Below are positions 1-9,054 of a stretch of 64,000 nucleotides of DNA, piece after piece. The notes under the pieces were generated by a model, which saw nothing but the letters and a program-made list of their open reading frames with translations, had not been told where the DNA came from and ran no database searches. The position numbers were made by a program, and so were the translations under genes. Source of the stretch: Gammaproteobacteria bacterium (GTDB lineage Bacteria > Pseudomonadota > Gammaproteobacteria > Eutrophobiales > Eutrophobiaceae). The stretch spans positions 3,360,001-3,424,000 of the forward strand of contig OZ244905.1 in assembly GCA_965221695.1 (NCBI GenBank), given 5' to 3'. Position 1 is the stretch's first letter, and each line of letters opens with the position of its first letter.

Positions 1-1946
1 GCCACCAAACGATAATCATCTTTCCAGCCCCAATCGATGCGCGCGCTCAGCGCTCCGCCGGTGTTCATCGGAAGCACAAATTCACCGCCAATGGTATAGG
101 CAAAATCCGGAGAACGCGCCAACTGGGTGCCGGTGGAAATATCGTCATTGCCTTGATCATCGGTAATGCGCGCATCCATCCACGCGCCGGATGCATTGAT
201 CTGAAAATTTTCGGTTACCAGCAGGGTCAGGTCCAACTCCACACCGTCTACCTGCGCTTCACCCACGTTCGAGACCCGCACATCATCGCCGACGATTGCG
301 GGAAGTTGCAGGTCTGTGTAATCGGTGATGAATGCCGCAGCGTTAAAGCGCGCCCGGTTATCCCAGAAATCGCTCTTCAAGCCGATTTCGTAGGTATAGG
401 CCTGTTCTTCATTGAACGGGTTCAAACCGTCGAACGGCGCGCCGGGGTTGGGTGATCTATCGTTAAACCCACCGCTTTTGAAACCACTTGATACGGACGC
501 GTAAGTCATGATCCCGTCGTTCCACATGTAAGAGCCGGCGACCCGGAAAGTAAATTCCGAGAAACTCTCTTGCGCGCTGCCGACAACACCATTATGAAAT
601 GCGCGGATTTTCTTGTCTTCCCAGGTGCCGCGTACCCCAACGGTCACATCAAGCCGGTCGGTAACGTGGATATTGCCCTCGCCAAATACCGCATAGCTAT
701 CGGTTTCTTCATTAAAAATGAATTCGTTCAGGCCACCTAATGTTGCCCGTTGCTGCCGCCGATGGTCGTCGGGTTTTTCGTGATAGTAGAATAGGCCAAG
801 GAGATAATCCAAACGTTCGGTAAAGCTGCCCTGCAGGTGGATTTCCTGTTGCACCTGTTCATGGTCACGCACGACAATTTCATCGCGCAACACCCCGGCC
901 GAGCCATCGAAATCAACCTCAAACTCATAATCAAACGTGCGGTAGGAGGTCAGGGACTTGATCAGGAAATCACCCACTTGCCACTCGATGGTCAATCCCA
1001 GTCCGTAACCTTCGTAGTCGGAAAAGGTATCGGCGCTGATGTTGCTCACGTAAAGGTCGCCCGTTGGCGTGGGCACAGGTTGTCCTGAGCCTGCCAGGCG
1101 CGGCGCATTGGGGTTACCGGCGATGATATTCATCGGGTTGCCATTGGTCTTTGAATCGACCCAGTCATAGGTGAAATTCACCTCCAGGTCACTGGTGACA
1201 TCCCAGAGCAATTGCCCGCGCAAAGCGGTCACGTCCTTGTCCCCGGTATCCACCGGGTTATTCGGGTCGAATTGGTTGATCACATGCCCATCATACGTTT
1301 TGCTCAGTCCGGAGACACGCAAGTACATATTATCGGCCAACGCCACGTTCCCCATGCCCTCAACATCCAGCCGATCATAGTCGCCGGCGGTGAGCTTGAT
1401 ACGCCCTTCCGTTTCCTGGGAGGGTTTTTTTGAGACGTAGTTGATTGCGCCGCCAATGGAGTTTTTCCCGAACAACGTGCCTTGAGGCCCACGCATGACC
1501 TCGATCCGTTCCACATCCACCAGGTCGATCAGCCCACCGTCACTCTGGCCGAGAAAGATGCCGTCGATGTAAAGGCCGACACCCGCCTCGGCCGTGGACG
1601 CGCTGCGATCCTGACCAATGCCGCGGATGAAGATACTGGAAATGGAACCACCGAAACCCCCGCCTGAGCCAATAGTGATATTCGGCACGTAGGTATTGAG
1701 GTCAACCAGGTTGCCTATATTTCTTTTTTCCAGGTTTTCCGCGTCCAGCGCAACCACTGACAGCGGAACGGATTGCGCGCTTTCCTCAATGCGCCGCGCG
1801 GTGATGGTGATTTCCTCGATAATCGTTGCGCCACCGTCTTGATTATCAGCCACGACAGGTTGTGCGCTTATGATAAAGATTGGCGCCGCTACCAGCGTTA
1901 CCAGCAACCTGTTGATATTCCTGCGAAATTTAAGGAACAATCTCAT
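1..1946 (-). CDS. TonB-dependent receptor (C-terminus runs off the window start)
   Basis: Not in the ORF track because it is open at the edge. Manual translation from ATG 1946 gives MRLFLKFRRN...IIEEITITARRIEESAQSVPLSV (TonB-box/plug), later EVMRGPQGTLFGKNSIGGAIN; GGAGG RBS upstream. Confidence 0.9.
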   Translation of the reverse strand, partial: MRLFLKFRRNINRLLVTLVAAPIFIISAQPVVADNQDGGATIIEEITITARRIEESAQSVPLSVVALDAENLEKRNIGNLVDLNTYVPNITIGSGGGFGGSISSIFIRGIGQDRSASTAEAGVGLYIDGIFLGQSDGGLIDLVDVERIEVMRGPQGTLFGKNSIGGAINYVSKKPSQETEGRIKLTAGDYDRLDVEGMGNVALADNMYLRVSGLSKTYDGHVINQFDPNNPVDTGDKDVTALRGQLLWDVTSDLEVNFTYDWVDSKTNGNPMNIIAGNPNAPRLAGSGQPVPTPTGDLYVSNISADTFSDYEGYGLGLTIEWQVGDFLIKSLTSYRTFDYEFEVDFDGSAGVLRDEIVVRDHEQVQQEIHLQGSFTERLDYLLGLFYYHEKPDDHRRQQRATLGGLNEFIFNEETDSYAVFGEGNIHVTDRLDVTVGVRGTWEDKKIRAFHNGVVGSAQESFSEFTFRVAGSYMWNDGIMTYASVSSGFKSGGFNDRSPNPGAPFDGLNPFNEEQAYTYEIGLKSDFWDNRARFNAAAFITDYTDLQLPAIVGDDVRVSNVGEAQVDGVELDLTLLVTENFQINASGAWMDARITDDQGNDDISTGTQLARSPDFAYTIGGEFVLPMNTGGALSARIDWGWKDDYRLV

Positions 1947-2001
1947 TGATGTTACCTCCGCTCTTAAATTGACCTGTTAAGGATATCCTGCTCGATTCAG
2001 G

Positions 2002-2043
2002 GTTTTCCGTGCTCTGACAAGCCCCGGATGGACTTGTTCAGAG
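2002..2043. repeat. Partial copy of MITE family A (terminal hairpin)
   Basis: GTTTTCCGTGCTCTGACAAGCCCCGGATGGACTTGTTCAGAG matches the last hairpin of the 151-bp elements at 45382 and 54235. Confidence 0.75.
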
Positions 2044-2084
2044 CCTGTCAATGACTATCCTAGTCATGATAAGCGGCAGCAGAG

Positions 2085-2107
2085 TAATACATTGTTTAGA
2101 TGTATTA
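2085..2107. promoter_or_regulatory. Candidate operator palindrome between the divergent TBDR and CoA-transferase genes
   Basis: TAATACAT-N7-ATGTATTA perfect inverted repeat in an AT-rich intergenic region. Confidence 0.4.
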
Positions 2108-2155
2108 TGAGTTTTTGATATGACCGCAATCAAAATAGATGCCGGCGGTATCTAG

Positions 2156-2394
2156 CCCGGAAATCTCACCAATTCGCTTGTCAGCATTAGATAGATGTTT
2201 GCTGTCAATGAGTTATGATAATTTGCCAAGTATGTTGCCATTACACACTGCGCTTGATGCGCCCTCGCTGGTCTTTTTTGCGTTAGCGGGCACATGCTCC
2301 CTCAACCAGAAGAACCACTATGCTTTCGGTCGCGAGCACCCGCTAACGCAAAAAATCCTCAGCGATCATCGCATCAATTGGTGAGATTTCCGGG
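2156..2394 (+). mobile_element. MITE-like element family B, copy 1 (239 bp)
   Basis: Perfect 19-bp terminal IRs CCCGGAAATCTCACCAATT; flanks CTAG/CTAA; long internal hairpin TTTTTTGCGTTAGCGGG...CCCGCTAACGCAAAAAA; near-identical inverted copy at 5282-5520. Confidence 0.85.
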
Positions 2395-2538
2395 CTAAAC
2401 CCGTTCTCATTATTTCCGAAGGCCGCAAGACAGTTGTTGATTCTTAATTTAATTGCAGGATAAAAAATAAGTATTACCGGGATTGCCGCGAGGTGATTTA
2501 TCGTTTGACAGTGTTCAGCGTCAGGATGAGGATGAAAA

Positions 2539-3765
2539 GTGAAAACAGTTAAAATGGGTATGAACAATACCGGCCCGTTAAGAGATATCAGAATCCTGGA
2601 TTTGTCCAGGCTGCTGGCCGGGAATTTCCTGTCTTTTCACCTGGCGGAGTTGGGCGCAGATGTGGTAAAAATCGAGAACACGCGCCAGGGCGACCCGCTG
2701 CGGGATTTCACTACCAAAGGCAAACAGGTTGCGTGGAAAATATTGTGCCGCAACAAGCGCAGCCTGTCTTTAAACTACACGACAGATGCACGCGGGCGCG
2801 AGTTGCTGTTCCGGTTGTTGGAGAATGCCCACGGGCTGATTGAAAATTTCAAACCCGGCGGCATGGAAAAATTCGGTTTGGCGCCCGATGTGCTGCACCG
2901 GGTCAACCCCAGGCTCGTGATCGTTCGCGTCAGTGGTTGGGGGCAGGATGGTCCTTACTCGCACAAGCCGGGTTTTGGCACGCTGGTGGAGGCATTTTCG
3001 GGTTATGCGGCCAAATCCGGTTTCCCGGACAGTGAACCACTACTGCCGAACCTGGGACTGGCGGACATGATCACCGGTGTTACCGGTGCGTTTTCACTGC
3101 TTTCCGCGATCAGGGAGGTCGAGGTGAACGGCGGCCGGGGACAGGTCATCGATCTCAGCCTGCTGGACGGTATCACCAGTTTCCTCGGCATTGATCCGGC
3201 GATTTGCCGGTTGACCGGCAAGCCAATTCCCAGGCTCGGCAACAGGGGTGAAGTCTCGGCGCCGCGTAACCTGTACCGAACAAGCGACGGGCGTTACATC
3301 GCCATTTCCGCCTCCATGCAATCCATGTTTGATAAGTTGTTCATCGCGATAGGGCAGGCAGACCTGCTGGATGATCCCAGGTTCAGGACCAATGAGGATC
3401 GCGTCAGGAACAGCGATAAACTGGATGAGATATTGGGCGCATTCATCGCCCGGCGCAGCGCCAGGGACAACCTGGACTTCTTCGAGAAAAATGATGTGAC
3501 CGCGGGTCCGCTCTACGATGCCATCGAGATCCTGAACGACCCGCATGTACAGGAACGTGGCGTTTATGTCTCGGTGGACGACCCGGACCTGGGGCCGATG
3601 CCGGCGCCGAATATTGCGGCCCGGTTATCCGCGACACCCGGTAGTCTGCGCACCCATGCGCCAAAGCTTGGCGAGCATACCGAGGAGATTCTGCATGCAT
3701 TGGGCTTGACCGGCAACGAGATAGCCGGGCTGGAAGCTGAACAGGTGATCAAATGCAACAGGTAA
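2539..3765 (+). CDS. CaiB/BaiF family (class III) CoA-transferase
   Basis: PLRDIRILDLSRLLAG, LGADVVKIE, RNKRSLSL, IENFKPG, SGWGQDGPY motifs. Confidence 0.92.
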   Translation: MKTVKMGMNNTGPLRDIRILDLSRLLAGNFLSFHLAELGADVVKIENTRQGDPLRDFTTKGKQVAWKILCRNKRSLSLNYTTDARGRELLFRLLENAHGLIENFKPGGMEKFGLAPDVLHRVNPRLVIVRVSGWGQDGPYSHKPGFGTLVEAFSGYAAKSGFPDSEPLLPNLGLADMITGVTGAFSLLSAIREVEVNGGRGQVIDLSLLDGITSFLGIDPAICRLTGKPIPRLGNRGEVSAPRNLYRTSDGRYIAISASMQSMFDKLFIAIGQADLLDDPRFRTNEDRVRNSDKLDEILGAFIARRSARDNLDFFEKNDVTAGPLYDAIEILNDPHVQERGVYVSVDDPDLGPMPAPNIAARLSATPGSLRTHAPKLGEHTEEILHALGLTGNEIAGLEAEQVIKCNR

Positions 3766-4598
3766 CCACGCAATTTTACCGTTCTCTGCTGTTTGTGCCC
3801 GTGTTGGTAAAGCGGCGCGTCAACAAAGCTGCCGGTCTGCACGCCGATACCATCATACTGGACCTGGAGGCTTCTATTCCACTGGCTCAGAAACAGGAAG
3901 CCAGGGACAAGGCGCCCGAAGTGGCGGATTTTTTGCGGGCCGCCGGCAAGTCGGTCATGATTAGAATCAACCGTGCCAACGCAGAGGATGCGGTAATGGC
4001 CGCGGCCGCTGATATAGATGGCCTGGTGGTCCCTGTCGTTGAACAACCGGATGATATCTATGGCATCATCAACGCAATTCGCGCAGCAGGACTGACGGCG
4101 CCGCCGCTTCTCCCCATTATTGAAACGCCGCGGGGTCTGCTTAATTTGAGTGAGCTGATCAGCATCGACGCGGGCGTTTGCGGCCTGGCATTCGGGGCGG
4201 AAGATTTCGTCCAGGTGATGGGCAGTCGCGCCCTGCCTTGTGCTGATCTGCTGTTCAACGGCGCTTGGCAGGTGGCTGTGACCGCCAGGGCCTACGGCAT
4301 TAAGCCCTATGGAATTGCCGGCAGCCTGGTTGACTTCAACGACCTGGACACTTACCGCACGCTTTGTGAGCAGGCCAGGCGCATCGGCATGGTGGGTTGC
4401 CCGGCAATACATCCGGGCCAGCTTGACGTTCTCAACGAAGTCTTTTCAGCGTCCCCGGCAGAACTGTCTTACGCGTCCAGGGCAATAGCCGAATTTGAAG
4501 CTGCCGGAGAAAAAGCGATTGCCGTAGAGGGCCGGTTGGTGGATTACCCGATATATTTCAGATTCAAGCAATTACTGGAAGAGTACGGTCAAGCATAG
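3753..4598 (+). CDS. HpcH/HpaI aldolase / citrate lyase beta (CitE-like) CoA-ester lyase
   Basis: RSLLFVP, IILDLE, IRIN, IIETPRG, LAFGAEDF, AIHPGQ; overlaps the upstream CoA-transferase. Confidence 0.88.
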   Translation: MQQVTTQFYRSLLFVPVLVKRRVNKAAGLHADTIILDLEASIPLAQKQEARDKAPEVADFLRAAGKSVMIRINRANAEDAVMAAAADIDGLVVPVVEQPDDIYGIINAIRAAGLTAPPLLPIIETPRGLLNLSELISIDAGVCGLAFGAEDFVQVMGSRALPCADLLFNGAWQVAVTARAYGIKPYGIAGSLVDFNDLDTYRTLCEQARRIGMVGCPAIHPGQLDVLNEVFSASPAELSYASRAIAEFEAAGEKAIAVEGRLVDYPIYFRFKQLLEEYGQA

Positions 4599-4727
4599 TC
4601 GCTGTGTCACAATTTCACTCCGGGCAGTTCACTTAGCTCCGCCCGCAGGCAGGCGGGACGCCTGCAATCCCGGGCTGGATGTGCCCCGAACTTATCCGCC
4701 GCAACACCGGGCCAACACCCAGCCGCA

Positions 4728-5249
4728 TTACTTATCCGGAATCAACGGATCGGGAATGTCATAAAATTCGACTTCGACGCTTACCTGGCCGCTACGTGTG
4801 AGCCGATCCACTTCCCGGGCATCGGGACCGAGCGGTTCCTTGAATTCCCCGAGCTGCGGCATGCCTTTCTCCATCTTTGATTTGGCCTTCAGTACCATTT
4901 CGTGCAGCTCTGCGGAGTAGGGCAGTTGGTGCGACCTCGGACGGGACCTGCCGGACAGGTCATTGAGGTCTTTGAGCCAGAGATAGACCTTGCCCTCGGC
5001 GCCAGTCATCTTATCCGGCTGTACAATATCCGCGGCGACCAGGCGAAAACGCGCCGGGGGCTGGTCCCCGGTCGGCCAGCCAAGCAACGGGGGCCAGGAC
5101 AGGTACGTGATAACGTACAGCAGCGTGGTGGCCACGATGGAACCGGCCTTGACTTTCCACGACCAGTTGGAATACAGGTTGATGCTCAGCAGCAGCAGCG
5201 CAACCAGTACATAAGCGGCGACCAATCCGGTGATTCCCAGTGTATACAC
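4728..5249 (-). CDS. Hypothetical membrane protein (two N-terminal TM helices plus soluble domain), third gene of the MotA-like module
   Basis: 173 aa ORF, hydrophobic N-terminus, AAGGAG RBS, co-oriented with the two upstream genes. Confidence 0.7.
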   Translation of the reverse strand: MYTLGITGLVAAYVLVALLLLSINLYSNWSWKVKAGSIVATTLLYVITYLSWPPLLGWPTGDQPPARFRLVAADIVQPDKMTGAEGKVYLWLKDLNDLSGRSRPRSHQLPYSAELHEMVLKAKSKMEKGMPQLGEFKEPLGPDAREVDRLTRSGQVSVEVEFYDIPDPLIPDK

Positions 5250-5281
5250 GATGATTTCTCCTTTGCGGCGATGAATGTTAG

Positions 5282-5520
5282 CCCGAATATCTCACCAATT
5301 GATGCGATGATCGCTGAGGATTTTTTGCGTTAGCGGGTACTCGCGACCGAAAGCATAGTGGTTCTTCTGGTTGAGGGAGCATGTGCCCGCTAACGCAAAA
5401 AAGACCAGCGAGGGCGCATCAAGCGCAGTGTGTAATGGCGACATACTCGACAGATTACCATAACTCATTGACAGTAAACATCTATCCGATGCTAACAAGC
5501 GAATTGGTGAGATATTCGGG
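5282..5520 (-). mobile_element. MITE-like element family B, copy 2 (239 bp)
   Basis: Reverse complement of 2156-2394; perfect 19-bp IRs CCCGAATATCTCACCAATT; exact TTAG/TTAG flanking duplication (5278-5281, 5521-5524) that includes the stop codon of the upstream gene. Confidence 0.88.
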
Positions 5521-6114
5521 TTAGCCGATAGATACCAGTTGTTTCGGCAAGAAATTGATGTTTGATACTTTTCCGTCGATGTTGATGCGGAACCTGAAGG
5601 CCGTTTTCTCCACGCCGTTTTGTTCCAGGGTAACCGTATCGTAATACACGATCTCCAGGGATGGATTGACCTTCACCAGGCGCACCTGTACATCAACGGG
5701 TTGTCCGGTTTCCGTTGCGTAATAATGCAGGTTGACGATGTATTCACCTTTTACCACCCCCCTGATGGTAACGACTTCCTGGTTGAGCGGGTTCTGCAGC
5801 TCCTCGCCATTGACTAAGATGGTGTCGTTGACCAGTCCCCTGTCATCGCGGTCCAAGTGCAGCAAGCCTGCTTCCGGGTTGCGGAACCAGACCACCCTGC
5901 CGTCCGGGTCTTCGACCCATACATCAATGTCATCGGGGTTATTGTCTTCCCAGGTGATGGTAAGAATATATTCGGCCTTCGGGTCGATGATCCCGGACTT
6001 GGCCTCGGGATTCATGAACATGATTGCCACCAGGAACAGGAAGGTAAAACCCAGCAGGGCATTGAACAGCAGGTCCGTGAACGGGTCCGATTGGTAGCGC
6101 TTGTAGTTGTTCAC
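5521..6114 (-). CDS. MotB/ExbD-like single-pass membrane protein with a YfaP/DUF2135-like soluble domain
   Basis: N-terminal TM DPFTDLLFNALLGFTFLFLVAI with an Asp in the ExbD/MotB-like position; then ITW...DIDVWVEDPDG...LDRDD...NQEVVTI; no OmpA-like domain recognisable. Confidence 0.65.
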   Translation of the reverse strand: MNNYKRYQSDPFTDLLFNALLGFTFLFLVAIMFMNPEAKSGIIDPKAEYILTITWEDNNPDDIDVWVEDPDGRVVWFRNPEAGLLHLDRDDRGLVNDTILVNGEELQNPLNQEVVTIRGVVKGEYIVNLHYYATETGQPVDVQVRLVKVNPSLEIVYYDTVTLEQNGVEKTAFRFRINIDGKVSNINFLPKQLVSIG

Positions 6115-6857
6115 GTCAGCTTGGGCAGGATATGCACCTGGGTCAGGTGCTTGGTGGTATCGATCAGTTCATCGGCAGCCTGGTCCAGCAGGTGGAACTG
6201 GGCCGCGGTCAGGATACTGCAGGTCAGCCCGGCAAACGTGGTGTATAACGCGGTGCCCATACCCGAACTCATCTCCTTGAGTATATTCTGCATCGTCGTC
6301 ACGTCAAAGTCCGTTACATTCACCACGGAACCGAGCATCAGCACAAAACCGATGATCGTGCCCAGCAGCCCCAGTTTTATCATGATATCGGTACAGAACC
6401 AGCCCAGGTTATGGGGATTTTTAAGTTTCGCCTCAAAAACCTCGATCAATTCCTTGTTGTTCGCATTCACCGTAATGTTTTCGGTCTGCTCATCCGGCGC
6501 CGGGCTGGATTGCGCCCGATAGAACAGGTCCAGCAGGTAACGGGTCAGCAGGCAGTCGGGCAACTTTTCGTTGTTGTCCAGGTATACCTGATCGCCGTTC
6601 ACCGCAAGCTCGTGCCGGCGCGCCAGCGCGTAGACCTTCTCCGAGTGATTGATTTCCACCGAGATAAACCATACCCGGCGTGCGCAGTACAGGGTCATGA
6701 TGATGAACATCAGCGTGATGACCCAGGACAGCTTGCTGACGTCGCCCAGGTAAAGCAACAGCAGCACTTTCTCGCGCAGCGCGAGGAACAGCGCAAAACC
6801 GATCAAGCTGATTAGCAGCAACCATACAAGTAATAAATGATGTTCGCCTTTTTTCAT
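6111..6857 (-). CDS. MotA/TolQ/ExbB proton channel family protein
   Basis: LGLLGTIIGF...MSSGMGTALYTTFAGL helical pair typical of the family; two additional N-terminal TM helices. Confidence 0.85.
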   Translation of the reverse strand: MKKGEHHLLLVWLLLISLIGFALFLALREKVLLLLYLGDVSKLSWVITLMFIIMTLYCARRVWFISVEINHSEKVYALARRHELAVNGDQVYLDNNEKLPDCLLTRYLLDLFYRAQSSPAPDEQTENITVNANNKELIEVFEAKLKNPHNLGWFCTDIMIKLGLLGTIIGFVLMLGSVVNVTDFDVTTMQNILKEMSSGMGTALYTTFAGLTCSILTAAQFHLLDQAADELIDTTKHLTQVHILPKLT

Positions 6858-6932
6858 GATTGTTTTTAGGAACCTCCTTTATTTCAGCGGGCAGGCAAAT
6901 TCTATCCCGGATCCTTTGTGTCTGCCCCCCCG

Positions 6933-7478
6933 TTACTCCCGTATCACCACCTTGGTGCCCAGCGGGATATATTTTCTCAGTTCGTTAATCTCTTCGTTGG
7001 TCACTGCTATACAGCCTTCCGTCCAGTTGTGCGCCTCATGTATCCGGCTTTTCTCGTCAGTGATCCGACCGATGCCGTGGATGCCGATATATCCGCCGAG
7101 TCCGGTATTCTGCGGCGGTAGGCTATTACGCTTGTACGCGAGGACAATCTGCTTGAATTCGACGGCAGAAATGACCTCATTCGAGTAACCGCGCCAGGCA
7201 TCAAGGGGGTTAGGATAATTTAACTGGATGAAAAAATGAAATTTACTGTTGGATTTGAAATCAATCACCCGGTATGTGCCAATAGGCGTCTTGTTATCGC
7301 CGGCGCGTATCTTCGTGCCTTTCCCGCCTCTCCCGTGAGAGATATCGTAATACCTGATCACTTCCTCATCCTGCTTGACCACCAGCGTACGCTCGGACTT
7401 GCTGACCTCGACGGTATACGGCGACGCGGCTGCCGCCAGGCAGAAAATACTCAGGATGATGGTGAACAGGAATTTCAT
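6933..7478 (-). CDS. L,D-transpeptidase (YkuD) family protein, exported
   Basis: Signal peptide; VEVSKSERTL, GDNKTPIGTY, LNYPN, IGIHG, WTEGCIAV (His/Cys catalytic motif). Confidence 0.9.
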   Translation of the reverse strand: MKFLFTIILSIFCLAAAASPYTVEVSKSERTLVVKQDEEVIRYYDISHGRGGKGTKIRAGDNKTPIGTYRVIDFKSNSKFHFFIQLNYPNPLDAWRGYSNEVISAVEFKQIVLAYKRNSLPPQNTGLGGYIGIHGIGRITDEKSRIHEAHNWTEGCIAVTNEEINELRKYIPLGTKVVIRE

Positions 7479-7551
7479 CGAAGCCTATTTTTAAGGTTTA
7501 CGCTGCGGAAATCAACTGGTTCATTTTAACCACCTGCATTATACTGTCTCC

Positions 7552-9054
7552 ATGGCTTATGCTCGCAAACGATCTCTCAGTCACCTGTTGCTGGTGCATG
7601 AGATCGCCTTCCTGTTCTTAGTGGCAGTGACCGGCTTGCTCACCGGTTTGTCCGCCTACCTGTGGCAGAAAACCTCAGCGGCATCCGACCGCATCAACAA
7701 CTCGATTTACCTGAGTGAGCAGTTACGCGGCGAACTGTATCGGCAATTGCAGCAGGTTTCGCGGGCGCGCTGGTCCGGCGACGAGGATGCGCTGGAAGTA
7801 TATTATGAATATTCAAGGCGTATCGGCCGCCATTTCAACCAGTTGCGGCGCACTTCTCTGACCCGGGACGAAGATGAGGTGGTGCAGGCGCTGCAACTGG
7901 CTTACCGTAAGATTCAGATCGATATTTACCGCATCTTCGACGAACCCGCTCGTCCGGACACGACAGGAACACCGCATATCATGGATTTTCGCAATGCCGA
8001 TGCGATGTTTGATGAGTTCGAGCAGAAATACCTGGAATTGAAGGCGCTGTACACAGAACAGCTCCGGGAACTGGAACAGACCATTGAATTCTGGACCCGC
8101 TATGCGCCGGTTTTGATCCCGGTGCTGTTCCTGCTGGCTGTCGTCATCGTGGTGATTACCAGCCGCATAATCCGCAACAGTTTCGTGCGGCCGATGGCTG
8201 CGATCATGGCCGGCGCAACGGAAATCAGCCGCGGCGAACTGGGCCACAGGATTCCGGAACAAGGTGTGAATGAGGTCGCGCAACTGGCCGGTTCCATCAA
8301 CCATATGGCCGCGGAGTTGAAAACCAGCCGTGATGCGCTGGTGGAGCATGAACGGCAGGCAGCGCTGGGGAGTCTTATCCCGGTCGTCGCCCACAATATC
8401 CGCAACCCGCTGGCCAGTATCAGGGCTGCCGCGCAAGTGCTGGACGACGCAGACAACAAGGACGAACTGAAGGAAGGCAAGCAGGCCATCGTCGGCACCA
8501 TCGACCGCCTGGGGCGCTGGGTGAATGCGCTGGTCTCCTACCTGCATCCGTTGCAGCCCGAGTTAAGAGATGTCGGCGTTGTTGCATTGCTGGATGCGGC
8601 GCTGGCGCTGTTGCAGACCAAAATCTCAGAGAAGGCAATCACTGTGAAGCGGGAATACCGGGACCTGTCAATCACTCTCAAGGTGGACCCGGACCTGATG
8701 GAGCAGGCGATCTACGGCCTGATGGCCAATGCCGTGGACGCCTCGCCGGCCCGCGTCGAACTGTTGATAACAGTGACTGAAACGGAACAGGCCGTGATTA
8801 TAGGCATTCGCGATTACGGCCCCGGCCTGCCGTTCAAGCCGGAACCCGGAAACCTCGAACCCGGCCCTTCCACGAAACGCTTCGGCACCGGCCTGGGCAT
8901 ACCCATTGCATTCAAAATCTGCCAGAGTCATGGCTGGCGCCTGGATTTTGAGACGCAGGAAACCGGAACCCTGGCAAGAATTACCGCGCCAAAACGCGAA
9001 CCAGCGGAACAATCGGGCCAGGGTGAAATCTCTTCTGACCCCCATATATCCTGA
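7552..9054 (+). CDS. HAMP-domain sensor histidine kinase
   Basis: Two TM helices around a periplasmic domain, HAMP, H-box AHNIRNPL, N-box ANAVDA, DYGPG, GTGLG. Confidence 0.92.
   Translation: MAYARKRSLSHLLLVHEIAFLFLVAVTGLLTGLSAYLWQKTSAASDRINNSIYLSEQLRGELYRQLQQVSRARWSGDEDALEVYYEYSRRIGRHFNQLRRTSLTRDEDEVVQALQLAYRKIQIDIYRIFDEPARPDTTGTPHIMDFRNADAMFDEFEQKYLELKALYTEQLRELEQTIEFWTRYAPVLIPVLFLLAVVIVVITSRIIRNSFVRPMAAIMAGATEISRGELGHRIPEQGVNEVAQLAGSINHMAAELKTSRDALVEHERQAALGSLIPVVAHNIRNPLASIRAAAQVLDDADNKDELKEGKQAIVGTIDRLGRWVNALVSYLHPLQPELRDVGVVALLDAALALLQTKISEKAITVKREYRDLSITLKVDPDLMEQAIYGLMANAVDASPARVELLITVTETEQAVIIGIRDYGPGLPFKPEPGNLEPGPSTKRFGTGLGIPIAFKICQSHGWRLDFETQETGTLARITAPKREPAEQSGQGEISSDPHIS

Noticed and set aside
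2139-5498. Near-identical short ORFs 2139-2384 (+) and 5292-5498 (-)
   Set aside because: They are translations of MITE family B, with no RBS or protein motif.
5521-6857. Zorya (zorAB) anti-phage system
   Set aside because: The A subunit lacks the long cytoplasmic tail, the B subunit lacks an OmpA-like domain, and no zorC/D/E is present.
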